A stretch of 64,000 nucleotides of DNA from Octopus bimaculoides. Its lineage: Eukaryota. Location: NCBI RefSeq assembly GCF_001194135.2, contig NC_068988.1:17083758-17147757 (forward strand), written 5' to 3'. The notes beneath the pieces are model-generated. The model searched no databases and was not told where the DNA came from. It saw only the letters and a list, made by a program, of their open reading frames with translations. This document shows positions 25,387 to 37,565 of this stretch, piece after piece (positions within the stretch are counted from its first letter, which is position 1; the number at the start of each line of letters is the position of its first letter). The position numbers and the translations under genes were made by a program.

Positions 25387-26094
25387 TTATAATGATATAA
25401 ATGATAAGCTGTAAATATCGGGTTAAAGGCCATTGAGAGCTGCTTATTAGATTGTTAGTAGGAGATTTGTGTTCGAGTCCCACGGACAGCCCTCGGATTT
25501 TCTACCCAAGGTTTTTTTTTTTACTCAATATTTACACGGTATCATTTATTTATAGCTTTACCATATATCGAGATTTACCATTCTGAAACTAATGATTTTA
25601 AAATTGAATTCAGATTGTTTGTATCGCAAAAGGCTTATAATAATCCGCAAGAAAAGAACCACAGAGTGCAACTCAACATAGAGAATAATGCAACAATGTT
25701 TTCGAAACAATTACATTGGGAATACATTTCTTATCGACAATTATGATCAATACCTTTGATCAATATTCCTTTTCAACACAATTTTGCGCAAAGAAATGAC
25801 GTAAACACAGGCGCTTAATTAGGAAATGGTTAGTATTTTATTATTTAATTGCTTATTTTCTAACAGAATCGTTAATTTCAATTGCGTATGTAATCGAATT
25901 CTAAAATTTTCAATAAAATCGTACTAAAATGATCTATCCATCATGAGATATTACTCTGTTCATTAATAGCGATTTCTATTAAATATATCTTAGTTGTCGG
26001 TTTACCAATCCTATGAGTAACATTCCTGATGATAATGATGATGACGATGATGATGATATATCTTCATCATCATGATCAACATCATCATGATCAT

Positions 26095-26570
26095 TATCAA
26101 CATAATCATGTGTATATCTGACTTCGTGTATTTGTACCCAAGTGGTACAGCCAAGCTTCATTTTGATGGCATGCAGATTCAACAGCAGCAGCAATATGAA
26201 TGCCCTCACGCAATACCTTGCACTGACTCACATGGCTTCTGATCTTAAATGGTTCAAAGTGTTAACATGTACATGTTTTGTCTAAGTCTAAAAGATGTGC
26301 TACAACAAATTTCTGCTCGATACTACAGATCTGCTTGTCAGTTGGGCATGTCGCTTAGTGGCTGACGATATGTGTGTCTCTGATCATGAGCAGAAGTAGT
26401 GAGGGAACATCATAGCTATGTGTTGAGAGGAATTCTTTGGGATTTGAATAATTTCTATCTGAAAACATGGGTGTATCGTTCAATACCGTTGAACAACTAT
26501 TATTGAGGAACCTTTTGAGAGGAATGGGCCACTCGACCAGGAGAAAATTCTAACTGTCGCTTGTTTGTAA
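26095..26570 (+). repeat. Interspersed repeat of unassigned class
   Basis: CATGGCTTCTGATCTTAA...GTGGCTGACGATATGTG...GAGCAGAAGTAGTG...GGGCCACTCGACC resembles an abundant octopus repeat as recalled from memory. Single copy in this window; unverified. Confidence 0.45.
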
Positions 26571-26789
26571 CTCGTGCTTCATTGAGTAGTATCTATAAAC
26601 ATATGTATTGCTTACGTGAATGTTCTTTCCTCTAGTATAGTGTATCTAAAACTATATTATCCAACGGAGACTAATTTCCCTACTGTGTCTAGGATGTCGA
26701 ATGACGAATTAAAGAATTCCGCGTCAGAAATTCTCATATTCAAAATTGCCAAAAAGTACTGAAATATTTTCTTAAAATGCCTTATGCAC

Positions 26790-26810
26790 ACGCACACACA
26801 CGCACACACG

Positions 26811-26841
<31 letters not shown>

Positions 26842-26863
26842 TTTCTCTCTCTATTTCTCTCTC

Positions 26864-26950
<87 letters not shown>
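26790..26950. repeat. (CA)n-(CT)n compound microsatellite
   Basis: Directly visible. Confidence 0.95.
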
Positions 26951-26955
<5 letters not shown>

Positions 26956-27723
26956 CTTATACATAGATACTTACATCCATGCATACATACAATATGGTGG
27001 TTGTCTACTCCTTATGCAGGGTCTAACCATCTCCTGTCCTTACATCTTAGATGTATCATGGCGTCTGATGTGGATTTTTAATCCAAACAATGTTTTGAAA
27101 AAATAGCCACATACATTGCATATCTGATTTGGACCATTATGAATAGCAGTTCATTTCTGATCTTTGTGGATCTTGAAATGTATTTTGAGGGGTCCGTTAG
27201 ATTTGCAGACCTTATGATATACACAGCATTGAAAGGTCTGCACAGATATATAGGCAGAGTAATTGGCGGAGGTTCGTTTTTCAGGAACTATTAGTTCTAG
27301 TTAGCAAGGTGTTGCTTTTCCCTGAAAAAATATCCTCGTTACTGAGCGGTGAAAAAACCACGACTTTATAACCACACTGTGCAATCTAATTTGGATGTAG
27401 TCTAGATTAGTTTACATTTTGTACTATTTGTTTAGACAGCAATGTAGTGCGATGTGTGGGGTAAAATATGCTCTGGCCTTTAAAACTATATCAGATGAAA
27501 AACTATATCAGTACAGTTGATAGGGAGGGCTGTGAATTAGAACGAAATTGAACTTTGAATTAACGGAAACCCAACCAAATAATCTTCAGCGGTAAATATG
27601 TTATTTTAGTGCATCTGACACATTAACGATTATGTTGACTAAAGTTCCTGATTTCCAATATAATCAATACATCAATTAGTTAGCTCAAGTAAACGGTGTA
27701 TTAGCTTAAGCAGCTGGAAATAT

Positions 27724-27995
27724 CAGAAGCGAAGCGTAATCGTGCGTATAGGGAATTTACAACATAAATGCAGCTGGCTTCATATTATTGCAAACAATTT
27801 AATCCATTCCGCCATGAATGCTACGACGGATCAGTTAATGTCGTCATATAGCTTTATATGAAAATATAAGTAATAGTTATAGATATGCATTATATAAATG
27901 TATTATACATGAATATATATATATATATGTATATATACATGTATGCATATACGTATATGTGTGTGTATTTATATATATGTGAACATGTATGTATA

Positions 27996-28040
<45 letters not shown>

Positions 28041-28591
28041 NNNNNNNNNNNNNNNNNNNNNNNNNNNNNNNNNNNNNNNNNNNNNNNNNNNNNNNNNNNN
28101 NNNNNNNNNNNNNNNNNNNNNNNNNNNNNNNNNNNNNNNNNNNNNNNNNNNNNNNNNNNNNNNNNNNNNNNNNNNNNNNNNNNNNNNNNNNNNNNNNNNN
28201 NNNNNNNNNNNNNNNNNNNNNNNNNNNNNNNNNNNNNNNNNNNNNNNNNNNNNNNNNNNNNNNNNNNNNNNNNNNNNNNNNNNNNNNNNNNNNNNNNNNN
28301 NNNNNNNNNNNNNNNNNNNNNNNNNNNNNNNNNNNNNNNNNNNNNNNNNNNNNNNNNNNNNNNNNNNNNNNNNNNNNNNNNNNNNCAGAAGCGAAGCGTA
28401 ATCGTGCGTATAGGGAATTTACAACATAAATGCAGCTGGCTTCATATTATTGCAAACAATTTAATCCATTCCGCCATGAATGCTACGACGGATCAGTTAA
28501 TGTCGTCATATAGCTTTATATGAAAATATAAGTAATAGTTATAGATATGCATTATATAAATGTATTATACATGAATATATATATATATATG
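27724..28591. other. Identical 206-bp direct duplication on both sides of an N-gap (27724-27929 = 28386-28591)
   Basis: CAGAAGCGAAGCGTAATCG...CATGAATATATATATATATATG is repeated base for base. Probably an unmerged contig overlap. Confidence 0.85.
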
Positions 28592-29464
28592 AATGTCTAT
28601 ATTTATATATATTTATATGCATATATAAGTATATATATTATTGAATTATAATTTTGTGTTTGCGTATGTAAATATGGTGTATATACGTATATATATATGC
28701 CTGTATGCATGTACGTATAGATGTATAGAGAGGAGGGTAATATGAACAGTGTGACGACATGGGTTTGTTGTGATCGATATAGGCGGTGCAACACGTCCAG
28801 TTTCATTTTAAGTGGAAAGTGTAGAAAAGTCGATGAAACGTCCAAGCATGATCAATAATAAACCAAGTTCTGATTGAAGTAAAATGCAAAATCTACGTGT
28901 ATCATTGTGTTAGACCGAATATACGAACCAGAGAGCCCAAATCAAAGAAACATGTTTCTGAGAAACAGAAAGCCATTAGCACAGTTAAATATATTGCTCC
29001 TTCATCATGTGAGTCCTCATTCACATAGTCAGATATGCCAAGGAAACTAAATTGTGTACGCCATTAAAAACAACTTTCCTGTCACTAATCTTCCAATACG
29101 TAACCCAGGTTGCAATTACTAATATATTAAAATCCACACTCAATAGTTTACTCATTAACCGCATCCAGTTGTCATGACTCCAGCTGTCATGTCTATATAA
29201 ATTATTTCCCCGTTATCTTGTTATTATTATCTATCACAAAGCAACCGCATCGCAAAAAAAAAAAAAATACACAATCAACTACACTGAAAGCATTTCCATC
29301 ATGGTGATTCGTACTTTTAGTACAATTATATTTGAGCGAACGATTCTGTGTCATGAATCCTGTTTCATTATTCACGACAGACAACAGAATTATTTCCATG
29401 ATAAATGTGCGTTGGTCACGTCTACTCATCACATTGGTCTAAATAAATCCTAATTGTGTCGAGA

Positions 29465-29490
29465 TTATTATTGTTGTTGTTATTATTATG

Positions 29491-29552
<62 letters not shown>

Positions 29553-29570
29553 TAGTAGTAGTAGTAGTAT
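29465..29570. repeat. (ATT)n-(AGT)n microsatellite
   Basis: Directly visible. Confidence 0.95.
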
Positions 29571-29987
29571 TACTATTTATTAATATTATTTGCATATTTT
29601 CTTTAAAACACTAGAAACTATAGCGTGATGTGTATAACCTGAATGACCAAAGATTCTCATTTATAGGGGAAGCAGGTGATATGAAAATGTTTCAAACTAT
29701 TCATACTTAAGTATTCCTACTATCTAAAACTGCAAATAAGTAATTTATTTGATGTAGTATTAACTGCTATTACTGTAGTAACTATCTCGCAACTTGTTTT
29801 TTTTTTCGTTTCTTTTAAACTTATTTCCCAAGAAGAAAATATACACCCGAATGACTAAATTTCGTTATGGTATATCGCAACTTTCCTTTGTAAACACACG
29901 TCCCTCACCGTGCGTTAAGTTTCATGAAAATGATTCAATCAAAGACTTGTGAGAGGATTCAGCAGACGATGAATGAAAGTGCGCGCG

Positions 29988-30208
29988 TGTATCTGTATGT
30001 GTGATTGTGCTGGTGTCTCTACCTCACTGCTTCACAATCGGTGTTATTTATTTACATCTTCATAATTTGGCTGTTCGGCAAAAGGAGCGATAGAATAGGT
30101 ACCAGTTTTTAAAATATTATGTATTGGGTCTGATTTTCCCCCACTAGAATCCTTCAAGACGGCGCCCTATCATGACCGTTGTCTAATGAATGATGTAAGT
30201 AAAAGAAG
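29988..30208 (+). mobile_element. SINE family B, old 3' half
   Basis: GTTCGGCAAAAGGAGCGATAGAATAGGTACCAG...GTAAGTAAAAG aligns to 13937-14059. Confidence 0.7.
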
Positions 30209-31212
30209 CCAAAAATGAGAGAATATGCTAAACATTATTGTTTTTGATTGAAATACTTGAATATCATTCACGTTTTACCTCTTCTGTTTTCTGTCTTTTT
30301 CGAACTTTTACGGCTGGTTTGTACGATAGGTGATGACTTCAGTTTTTTGCTTGCACGATCCCCAAAATAACAAGTAAGGATAACAATGTTAACAACACAG
30401 AAACGTCTGGTTATTGTAATTATTCAATTTTTAATGTTTCAAACGACCCATGATAGATTTTTGTCACGGCAAAGATCAAGAGTAGAAAGATAATTTATTT
30501 ATAACATAAAATATTGATAAAGCTCCAGACTGTGTCACTACCACTAAATCGATTTTATATATTCATTGTTATATAGAATTTATCTCTCAAAACAATTTCA
30601 TGTATTTACGCAAAACAGCCATTCAATAAGAACAAAACTTAATGTTATCTTTTCCATTATTTCTAGATACAATTATACCTGTCATTTTTAGAAATGCATT
30701 AAATAATTAGTAATCAAGTATAATTAATTAATGTCTACATATCCATACATCAGTCATATTGCTTGGTTATTATTCATTAATAAAAGCATGATGGCATAGA
30801 TTACAATCATTACGGATAGTTAGTATAATTTTTCTAAACACCACTCTGCTGCTGCTTTTATTATTGGACGTGCAAGTCTATGTAGAGACCAAATATTCTT
30901 TAATGTCTTTCTATATCTAAATGATCAAGATCAGCTCTTATGTTTTATTCGAGGAATAAAGTTAGCTGCAGTGTTGACTGTACTAGATATACCATCTCGC
31001 CAACCGACCTAAGAACTTACATGGCAGATTCTGACATGAAATAGAAATATCATACGTGGACGAGTTGACTATGAATGAGTGAGACTAGAGCTGTGAAATT
31101 TTTCATGCAATAATTAACCATCTTATTAACTGCATTGTCATTTTCCAGGTATACCGAGATCTGACTGTTCAAGGAAGACTTCAAAAGTAATTACTAGTGA
31201 CTTCTCTTTAAT

Positions 31213-31959
31213 ATGGTTATAATTTGACATCGTGATGTTATCAAGTACCTTCAGAGAGAGGAGTTTAGCCTTCAAAAACATTCATGCTGAAATCCTTGTA
31301 ACATTAAGGGATGATGTTCAAGATTTATCAATAATGTAAAGAGGACAGCTGAATTTAAGGGGAAGGGGAAATCTTAAAGATGACCCAAGAACTGGACGTC
31401 CGGCAACTGCTACCACTGAAGGAAACATTAATAATGTTTAATACATGGTGAGTGATGATAGGCAATTTACTATAATATAACCGATGTTATTCGCATATCC
31501 CATGAGAGAGTTGATATTCTGCAGAAGGAAATTGGCACGACAAAGGCCTCTGCTCGGTGGGCGCCAAGTTTCTGCCACCTGATTAAAAGCGCACCACGCT
31601 GATCACATCGCTGGAAAAAATTGATATTATTTTAAGTAGATCCATCTGGTTCTTTACTTTCAATCAGAGATAAAGAAACAATACACCATTTGAAACATCC
31701 CTCCTCACCTTCTCCGAAGAAGGCCAAATTCATTCATTACCTAAAATGCAATTGTGTTTATTGGCTGTCTTCAAAAGCGCCACGCTATCAATGGAAAGTG
31801 ATTTACGAAGTTACTGAAGCAGTAATAAAAGGCTTTCTAAGCACTACAACACGGGCAGAAAAATGTAAAGAACCTCATGGTGTTGAAAAGTAACGCTTAT
31901 TTGCCACATTCCACAAGAATATGTTGGTCAGGTACTGAACTTTACAGCCGACTTTCGTA
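31213..31959 (+). pseudogene. Mariner-family transposase remnant with internal deletion
   Basis: Frame-disrupted motifs HRDVIKYL, DDPRTGRPATAT, SARWAP (WVPxxL motif), KHPSSPSPKKAK and RAEKCKEPHG-VEK* (cf. RWEKCIxxxGDYVEK). Right-TIR-like sequence ends TTTCGTA at 31959. The catalytic core appears deleted. Confidence 0.88.
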
Positions 31960-32797
31960 TGCAGCACATATCAAGTATTAGAAATATTGCACTCTTTTTA
32001 TTTTACGGAATATTAATATCAGAGCGTTGTTTAACAGTCAGGGTTGTTTGAGAAATATCTGTAAAATGTAGTTTGAAAATTTGAGAACGTGACATACTTT
32101 TATTAAGACGAGTGTGGTGTGAGGAGAATTAATTTGTATTTATAGAAAATAGAATGAAATTTAGTTTGCAGCTGTAACCAGAATGAAAGGAAATAAATTA
32201 GGATTCATGTGGGTATAATTGTAATCTCTCTGCATCTGTGATTTATCGTATGCTGTCGATGGTAATGGTTCTAATGAGATTATAAATGACACAGCCATTT
32301 TAAATGCAGATGTGTTTGTATGCTTTCTGGCTGCGAGAGATGTTTTTAAATATTATTATGGTAGTATACACACTGAAGTAGATGTCTGTAATTATTACGT
32401 CGTAGTTACACATTGAAAGAGCTATGGAAGTTTGAATTTGGTATAGCAACAAATTCTGTTCTTCACGTATCTAAATGCTCTTTCAGGTTTCCAGGCTTTT
32501 TCGATGAGTAGATGATCTATGTATGAAGTTTGTATTCAACATTTGAGGACGCAATGCGCTTTGTGTTTTTCCTCCAGTCTAGTGAAGCTTGATTTCTTAG
32601 TAACATAGCCAGCGCCGGTACAATGTATGGTGGATCTAGTGGGTTTCCTGTACCGCTGGTATTATTTCATTTTCTAGTCAGAATATGATCCACGAAAGTG
32701 TGTATTTGTGCGCACGATTTTCGTTTTTTTAATTTATGCCCCTTTTTGTTTGTGTGGTATAAAATATTCGATGTTAGCTCATATTTTACTTTTCTTC

Positions 32798-32849
<52 letters not shown>

Positions 32850-33939
32850 TTTCTCTTTCCTACCATCCCTATATTTTTTTCACTCACAACTACGTTTTGT
32901 CTCTCGAATGAGAGTGTGTTTTATTTAAATATGACCTTCAGAGCTGATTAGAATGTTGTTACAAAATTTAGTATGTGGCTTACATTGCCCGTTTAATTTT
33001 CCCGGAAAAAAATATACCTGAACACTATATCAGTATTATTTGTCTGAATGTTTGTCAATTTCTGATTCAGAATAGATATATAAAATATCTGATTTCTATT
33101 TACCTACCTTCACCTGCTCCAAGTACTATGCAATTCAATGCGCGTTTAGGCATGGCATGTACAAAGAAAGATTATAATTTAGAAGAATTTATTCTTGTAA
33201 AATATTGTATCTTGCACATTTCACAGCATTAGCCTCATTGTTTTAAAATAGTTAATTTCGTTTTATGATGCAAAGTAGGCCGTTGACAATGAAAATAAAC
33301 ATTGCGTTGTATAAAGTCTACATCTGAATGGTTTCAGTTAGCACAATAAAAGTGCAATTTTTAGATCACTTTGAGGCGAATTAATCCGTTTGTTTAAATA
33401 GGACATTGCCAATAACTAAACTAATAATTGCTTTAACACGCCAATTTATGAGACGGGAAGAAAAGGTTTTAAGCAATTAAGTACAAATATGTGGCAGTAG
33501 ATTAAATATTATAATTGTGAAGATGCATTGCGATTATATATAGACTTCCTTTGAAAATACTGGGCGTCGTTCCAAAATTGATGTTTACCTGAGATTCTTC
33601 AGGAATCTCAGGTGAACATAATTTTCTAACGAAGCAAATAGATGTTATTGATTTGTAAGAACTATAGAATGAATTAGAAAAAAAAAGAATGCGTTTTTCG
33701 TAAACACAACACACTAATACAAAACCATCAAAATGTGAGTTATCAGCTCTGAAGTACATACAAAGACTTTTAAAATCCGTACATACAAAATAAATGACGA
33801 AACAACCTAGATGGAAGATTCAGATCATCATCATCATCATCATGTATCTCTCTTTCTCTCTCTCTGTATATGTGTGTGTACGTGTGTGTGTGTGTGAATA
33901 TATGTATGTATAAGAATACATTAAGATTGCTCTACTAGC

Positions 33940-35137
33940 AATATTAAAAATATGCAATTAGAATGGGCGGAATATAAAATCAGTGTAGAATGTTATAAAT
34001 CCATATGGAAGGTTATGAAACCTTATGGTCCGACTACCGTTTCTGGGGGCATATTGGCCCAAAGATATAAAAGTGGCCAGACAGTTGAACATATAAATCC
34101 CTATATAGCACCCGAATCGGATCTGGACAATAATCCTACCACAGCTATTAGGAACTCTTCTAGGTTAAGTAATTCTAAAATGATGACAGTCTCCCGCAAT
34201 CCTGATTACCAGATAATGTGTACTAGTTCCAGCATAACCATTTATTCCAATTCTGTTATAAACTCCGACGTAGACCAACCCTTACGACGACATGTCAACA
34301 CCAAGTAACCTCAAGAGGACCATACTCTAACTACCTAACAAACAAACAAAAAACAGTAAATATCGAACATTCTATTTATGGGTTCTTGAAGGTTTTTGCT
34401 TACACAAAAATGTGATATATAAATACATTGTGAGGACACCCAGCTACCACCAGGCAATTATATATATTGGGACTACAGTAAACTTTAAGCCTAGATATCG
34501 TGCACGTATTAATTCGTTTGTTAATCCAAACACCAAATATTCTACTTCACAAGCTACACATATCCATAATCGTAAAGCACAAGCTAACTATACAGTACAA
34601 ACTATCCTGGTCACTAGTAACAGAAGATTCCCCTTACAATTCATTTACACGTAAATGTAAACCCTGTATTAAAGGAGCATTAACTATTCTGCGTATGTAT
34701 AATTCTTGAATGTTAAATAAGTTTTCACATGTTATCTTCTATTTATTATGAATTGCAATAGCTTGTATGATATCTTCTCCTCTAATCCTCCACCTCTAAT
34801 ATTATTAATAGCTAAGTCTTAACATTAATATGTCCTCCATTCCTACTACTCTCTAGAAAACATCCCCAGCACCTACACCAAGCCTAATAATAAGTGTAGC
34901 GCTTTATAAGGTCTGTCAACTTTGAATTCCACCACATCAGCATAACAAATGTAAACTTATCAGTGGAAAACTTCCCTGAAGAAGGAGGTGGTAGTATGAA
35001 TTAATGGACCTTAAAATCTATTATATCTTCGGACCACAATGCCCCCAGAAACGACCGTCGAACCTTCCATATGGATTTATAACATTCTACACTAATTTTA
35101 TACTTCACCAATTCTATTTCTATATTCTTAATATCGT
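33940..35137 (+). mobile_element. Penelope-like element remnant: GIY-YIG endonuclease region plus pLTR-like 3' end, bounded by inverted repeats
   Basis: 34412-34700 encodes VIYKYIV...IYIGTTVNFKPRYRARINSF-NP...YSTSQA and then KLSW...PYNSFTRKCKPC, the PLE GIY-YIG and C-terminal Cys pattern. 33940-34072 is an inverted copy of 35022-35137. Confidence 0.85.
34965..35068 (+). ncRNA. Degenerate minimal type I hammerhead ribozyme-like motif in the PLE pLTR
   Basis: CTGAAGA (34976-34982), then stem II, GAAAC (35048-35052), a 4-nt loop and GTC (35057-35059). Partial stem I GGAA..TTC / GAACCTTCC. Confidence 0.5.
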
Positions 35138-35401
35138 TTTCATTGTATGCAGGACTATATATTTTAACAATCTTAGTATATTCTTAGTGCATTTGTATTT
35201 ACATATTGTAATGTATTCATCTATATATTTGTATTGCATGATTTTGTGCACATAATTTTTGTAACGCAATATATTTTATGATATACTTATTGGTAACCAG
35301 TTTTTTGTTTCACATCTTTATTTTCCTATTTTTCCTATGGCTCAAATATCTTGCACGCTTCGATCTATATAGCGAAAATTTATCTCTAAAAAATAAATTG
35401 T

Positions 35402-35527
35402 CGGTTCCGCAAAAGAGACCGGTGGAATAAGTACTAGGCCTACAAAGAATGAGATCTCGGTTCGATTTGTTCGACTAAAGCCAGTGCTCCTACATGGCCG
35501 CAATTAAATGAATGAAACAAATAAAAG
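35402..35527 (+). mobile_element. SINE family B, 3' end fragment
   Basis: CGGTTCCGCAAAAGAGACCGGTGGAATAAGTACTAGGC...GAATGAAACAAATAAAAG. Confidence 0.8.
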
Positions 35528-35537
35528 TGTAATATAC

Positions 35538-35585
<48 letters not shown>

Positions 35586-36514
35586 NNNNNNNNNNNNNNN
35601 NNNNNNNNNNNNNNNNNNNNNNNNNNNNNNNNNNNNNNNNNNNNNNNNNNNNNNNNNNNNNNNNNNNNNNNNNNNNNNNNNNNNNNNNNNNNNNNNNNNN
35701 NNNNNNNNNNNNNNNNNNNNNNNNNNNNNNNNNNNNNNNNNNNNNNNNNNNNNNNNNNNNNNNNNNNNNNNNNNNNNNNNNNNNNNNNNNNNNNNNNNNN
35801 NNNNNNNNNNNNNNNNNNNNNNNNNNNNNNNNNNNNNNNNATATATATATATATATAACACGTTCATATGATTCAAAAAGGAAACACATAGGCAACTTAA
35901 GGCACACTAAATACACATATTCAGTTATTTTCGAGTACACAAATAGATACATACGAGAGAGTGATGAAAAGGCACTAGCTTAGGACAAAAGAAACTACAC
36001 AGCTACCAATTAATTGTGATTTTATTCAGCATATTCCTCTCGCAGATTCAAACTCTTATTCGGCAGCCCTTCATGTTTTCTACACCCAGTAAAAGAACAC
36101 GGAAGGTTGGGCCTCCAACTAGGCCTTTCGCGACACCCTTAAATCCAAAAGCGTTTTAGCACCCCCTCGTATATAGATAGAATTACTAATTTAAGGACTA
36201 CGTCGTTTGCGTGTCGATTCCAAACAATTCAGTATGCAGGTTATTGCACCTACCCCGTTGTCATATGCTAAATTTGGGCAAATATCCGGGAAAGTTATCT
36301 GAAATATAATTTCTCTTACATGAAATAAGAGGTATTTCTTGACATCAGTGACATAGGTGTTTAGTCACTGGGCAGAACTAAATTAACCTCTCAATTTCTG
36401 ACACATATACTCACATGCACAAACACACATATATACAGAAGCATACACACACACACGCACACAAACATATATGTATAGGGCGTGCCCAATGTCAGGCACC
36501 AAAGAATTTGACAT

Positions 36515-36551
36515 ATCAATAATAATAATAATAATAATATTAATAATTTAT

Positions 36552-36621
<70 letters not shown>

Positions 36622-37085
36622 TCATCATCATCATCATATTCATCATTCATTTAGAACTTGTCATTTGGTGCATGAGCGAGTTTGACGCTGCTACCCCCAT
36701 TTGCACTTCCTGCTGTGAAGGTGGTTCATAGAGGACACTTGACAATAAAAGATCTAGTTTTGGTTTGAAGACCTCTACATCCTCCCCATGTAGGTTTCTC
36801 AGGTCCTTCAGGAGTATAATGAAGAGCTGTGGGCCTTTAAAGCCCAGGCTGTTGCAATATGTTGTCCTATATTTTAATGGCAAAGTTTGTGTCTTTGCCA
36901 CTATGCAGTGTCTTTGCCACCTTGTGTAACTCTCAATGATAAAGTTTCGAAGGAGTCACTCCAGGATCTTCCAGAAGTATATTACGGCATATCCTTCCCG
37001 CCTACCTCCAGGCAATAGCCTCAATCTCTTGAGACTTTCCCAGTAGCTTATATGCTGCATAGTGGCTATCTTCTTTGTGTAGGTT
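36515..37085 (-). mobile_element. CR1-like LINE 3' end of ORF2 with (TTA)n tail
   Basis: Minus strand reads ISYWESLKRLRL...RREGYAVIYFWKILE...SLGFKGPQLFIILLKDLRNL...FKPKLDLLL...AASNSLMHQ, the typical CR1-group C-terminus. The (AAT)n tract at 36515-36620 is the tail. Confidence 0.85.
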
Positions 37086-37189
37086 CACTGGATTAATTAA
37101 TTTTACCCTGTTTGGTGAAAATAAATGGAAGCAATAGTCAAAACGGATTAGGAAAACTGTTCTCCAGTGAACCAGCATGTTTTCAGTTC

Positions 37190-37370
37190 TATATTTGAGA
37201 GATGAGGAATTAAGTACATTATTTACATTGTTTACATTTGACGGATATTTGTCCTCATCTTGTTTGTTGTCAAAACAACGTTTCTGCTAATATACTCTCC
37301 CGCCTTCACCGGGTGTCTTGGAGAAATTTCGAACCTCGGTTCTCTATCTTAAGGTATTTTTCGATGTTGT
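37190..37370 (-). mobile_element. PLE pLTR-like repeat with decayed hammerhead core
   Basis: Minus strand reads CCGGTGA-A-GGCGG-N10-TAGCA-GAAAC-GTT (37312-37277), a decayed CTGATGA-stem II-GAAAC layout. Followed by (ATT)n. Confidence 0.55.
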
Positions 37371-37453
37371 TGTTGTTATTATTATTACTACTATTGTTAT
37401 TAGTATTATTATAATTATTATTTCTATTATTGTTGTTGTTGTTCTTGTTATTA

Positions 37454-37493
<40 letters not shown>

Positions 37494-37503
37494 GATTATT
37501 ATG

Positions 37504-37564
<61 letters not shown>

Positions 37565-37565
37565 N
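37370..37565. repeat. (ATT)n/(GTT)n microsatellite running into a gap
   Basis: Directly visible. Confidence 0.95.

Noticed and set aside
32480-32560. Acceptor-like CTAAATGCTCTTTCAG on the plus strand
   Set aside because: Early stops in all three downstream frames and no supported donor.
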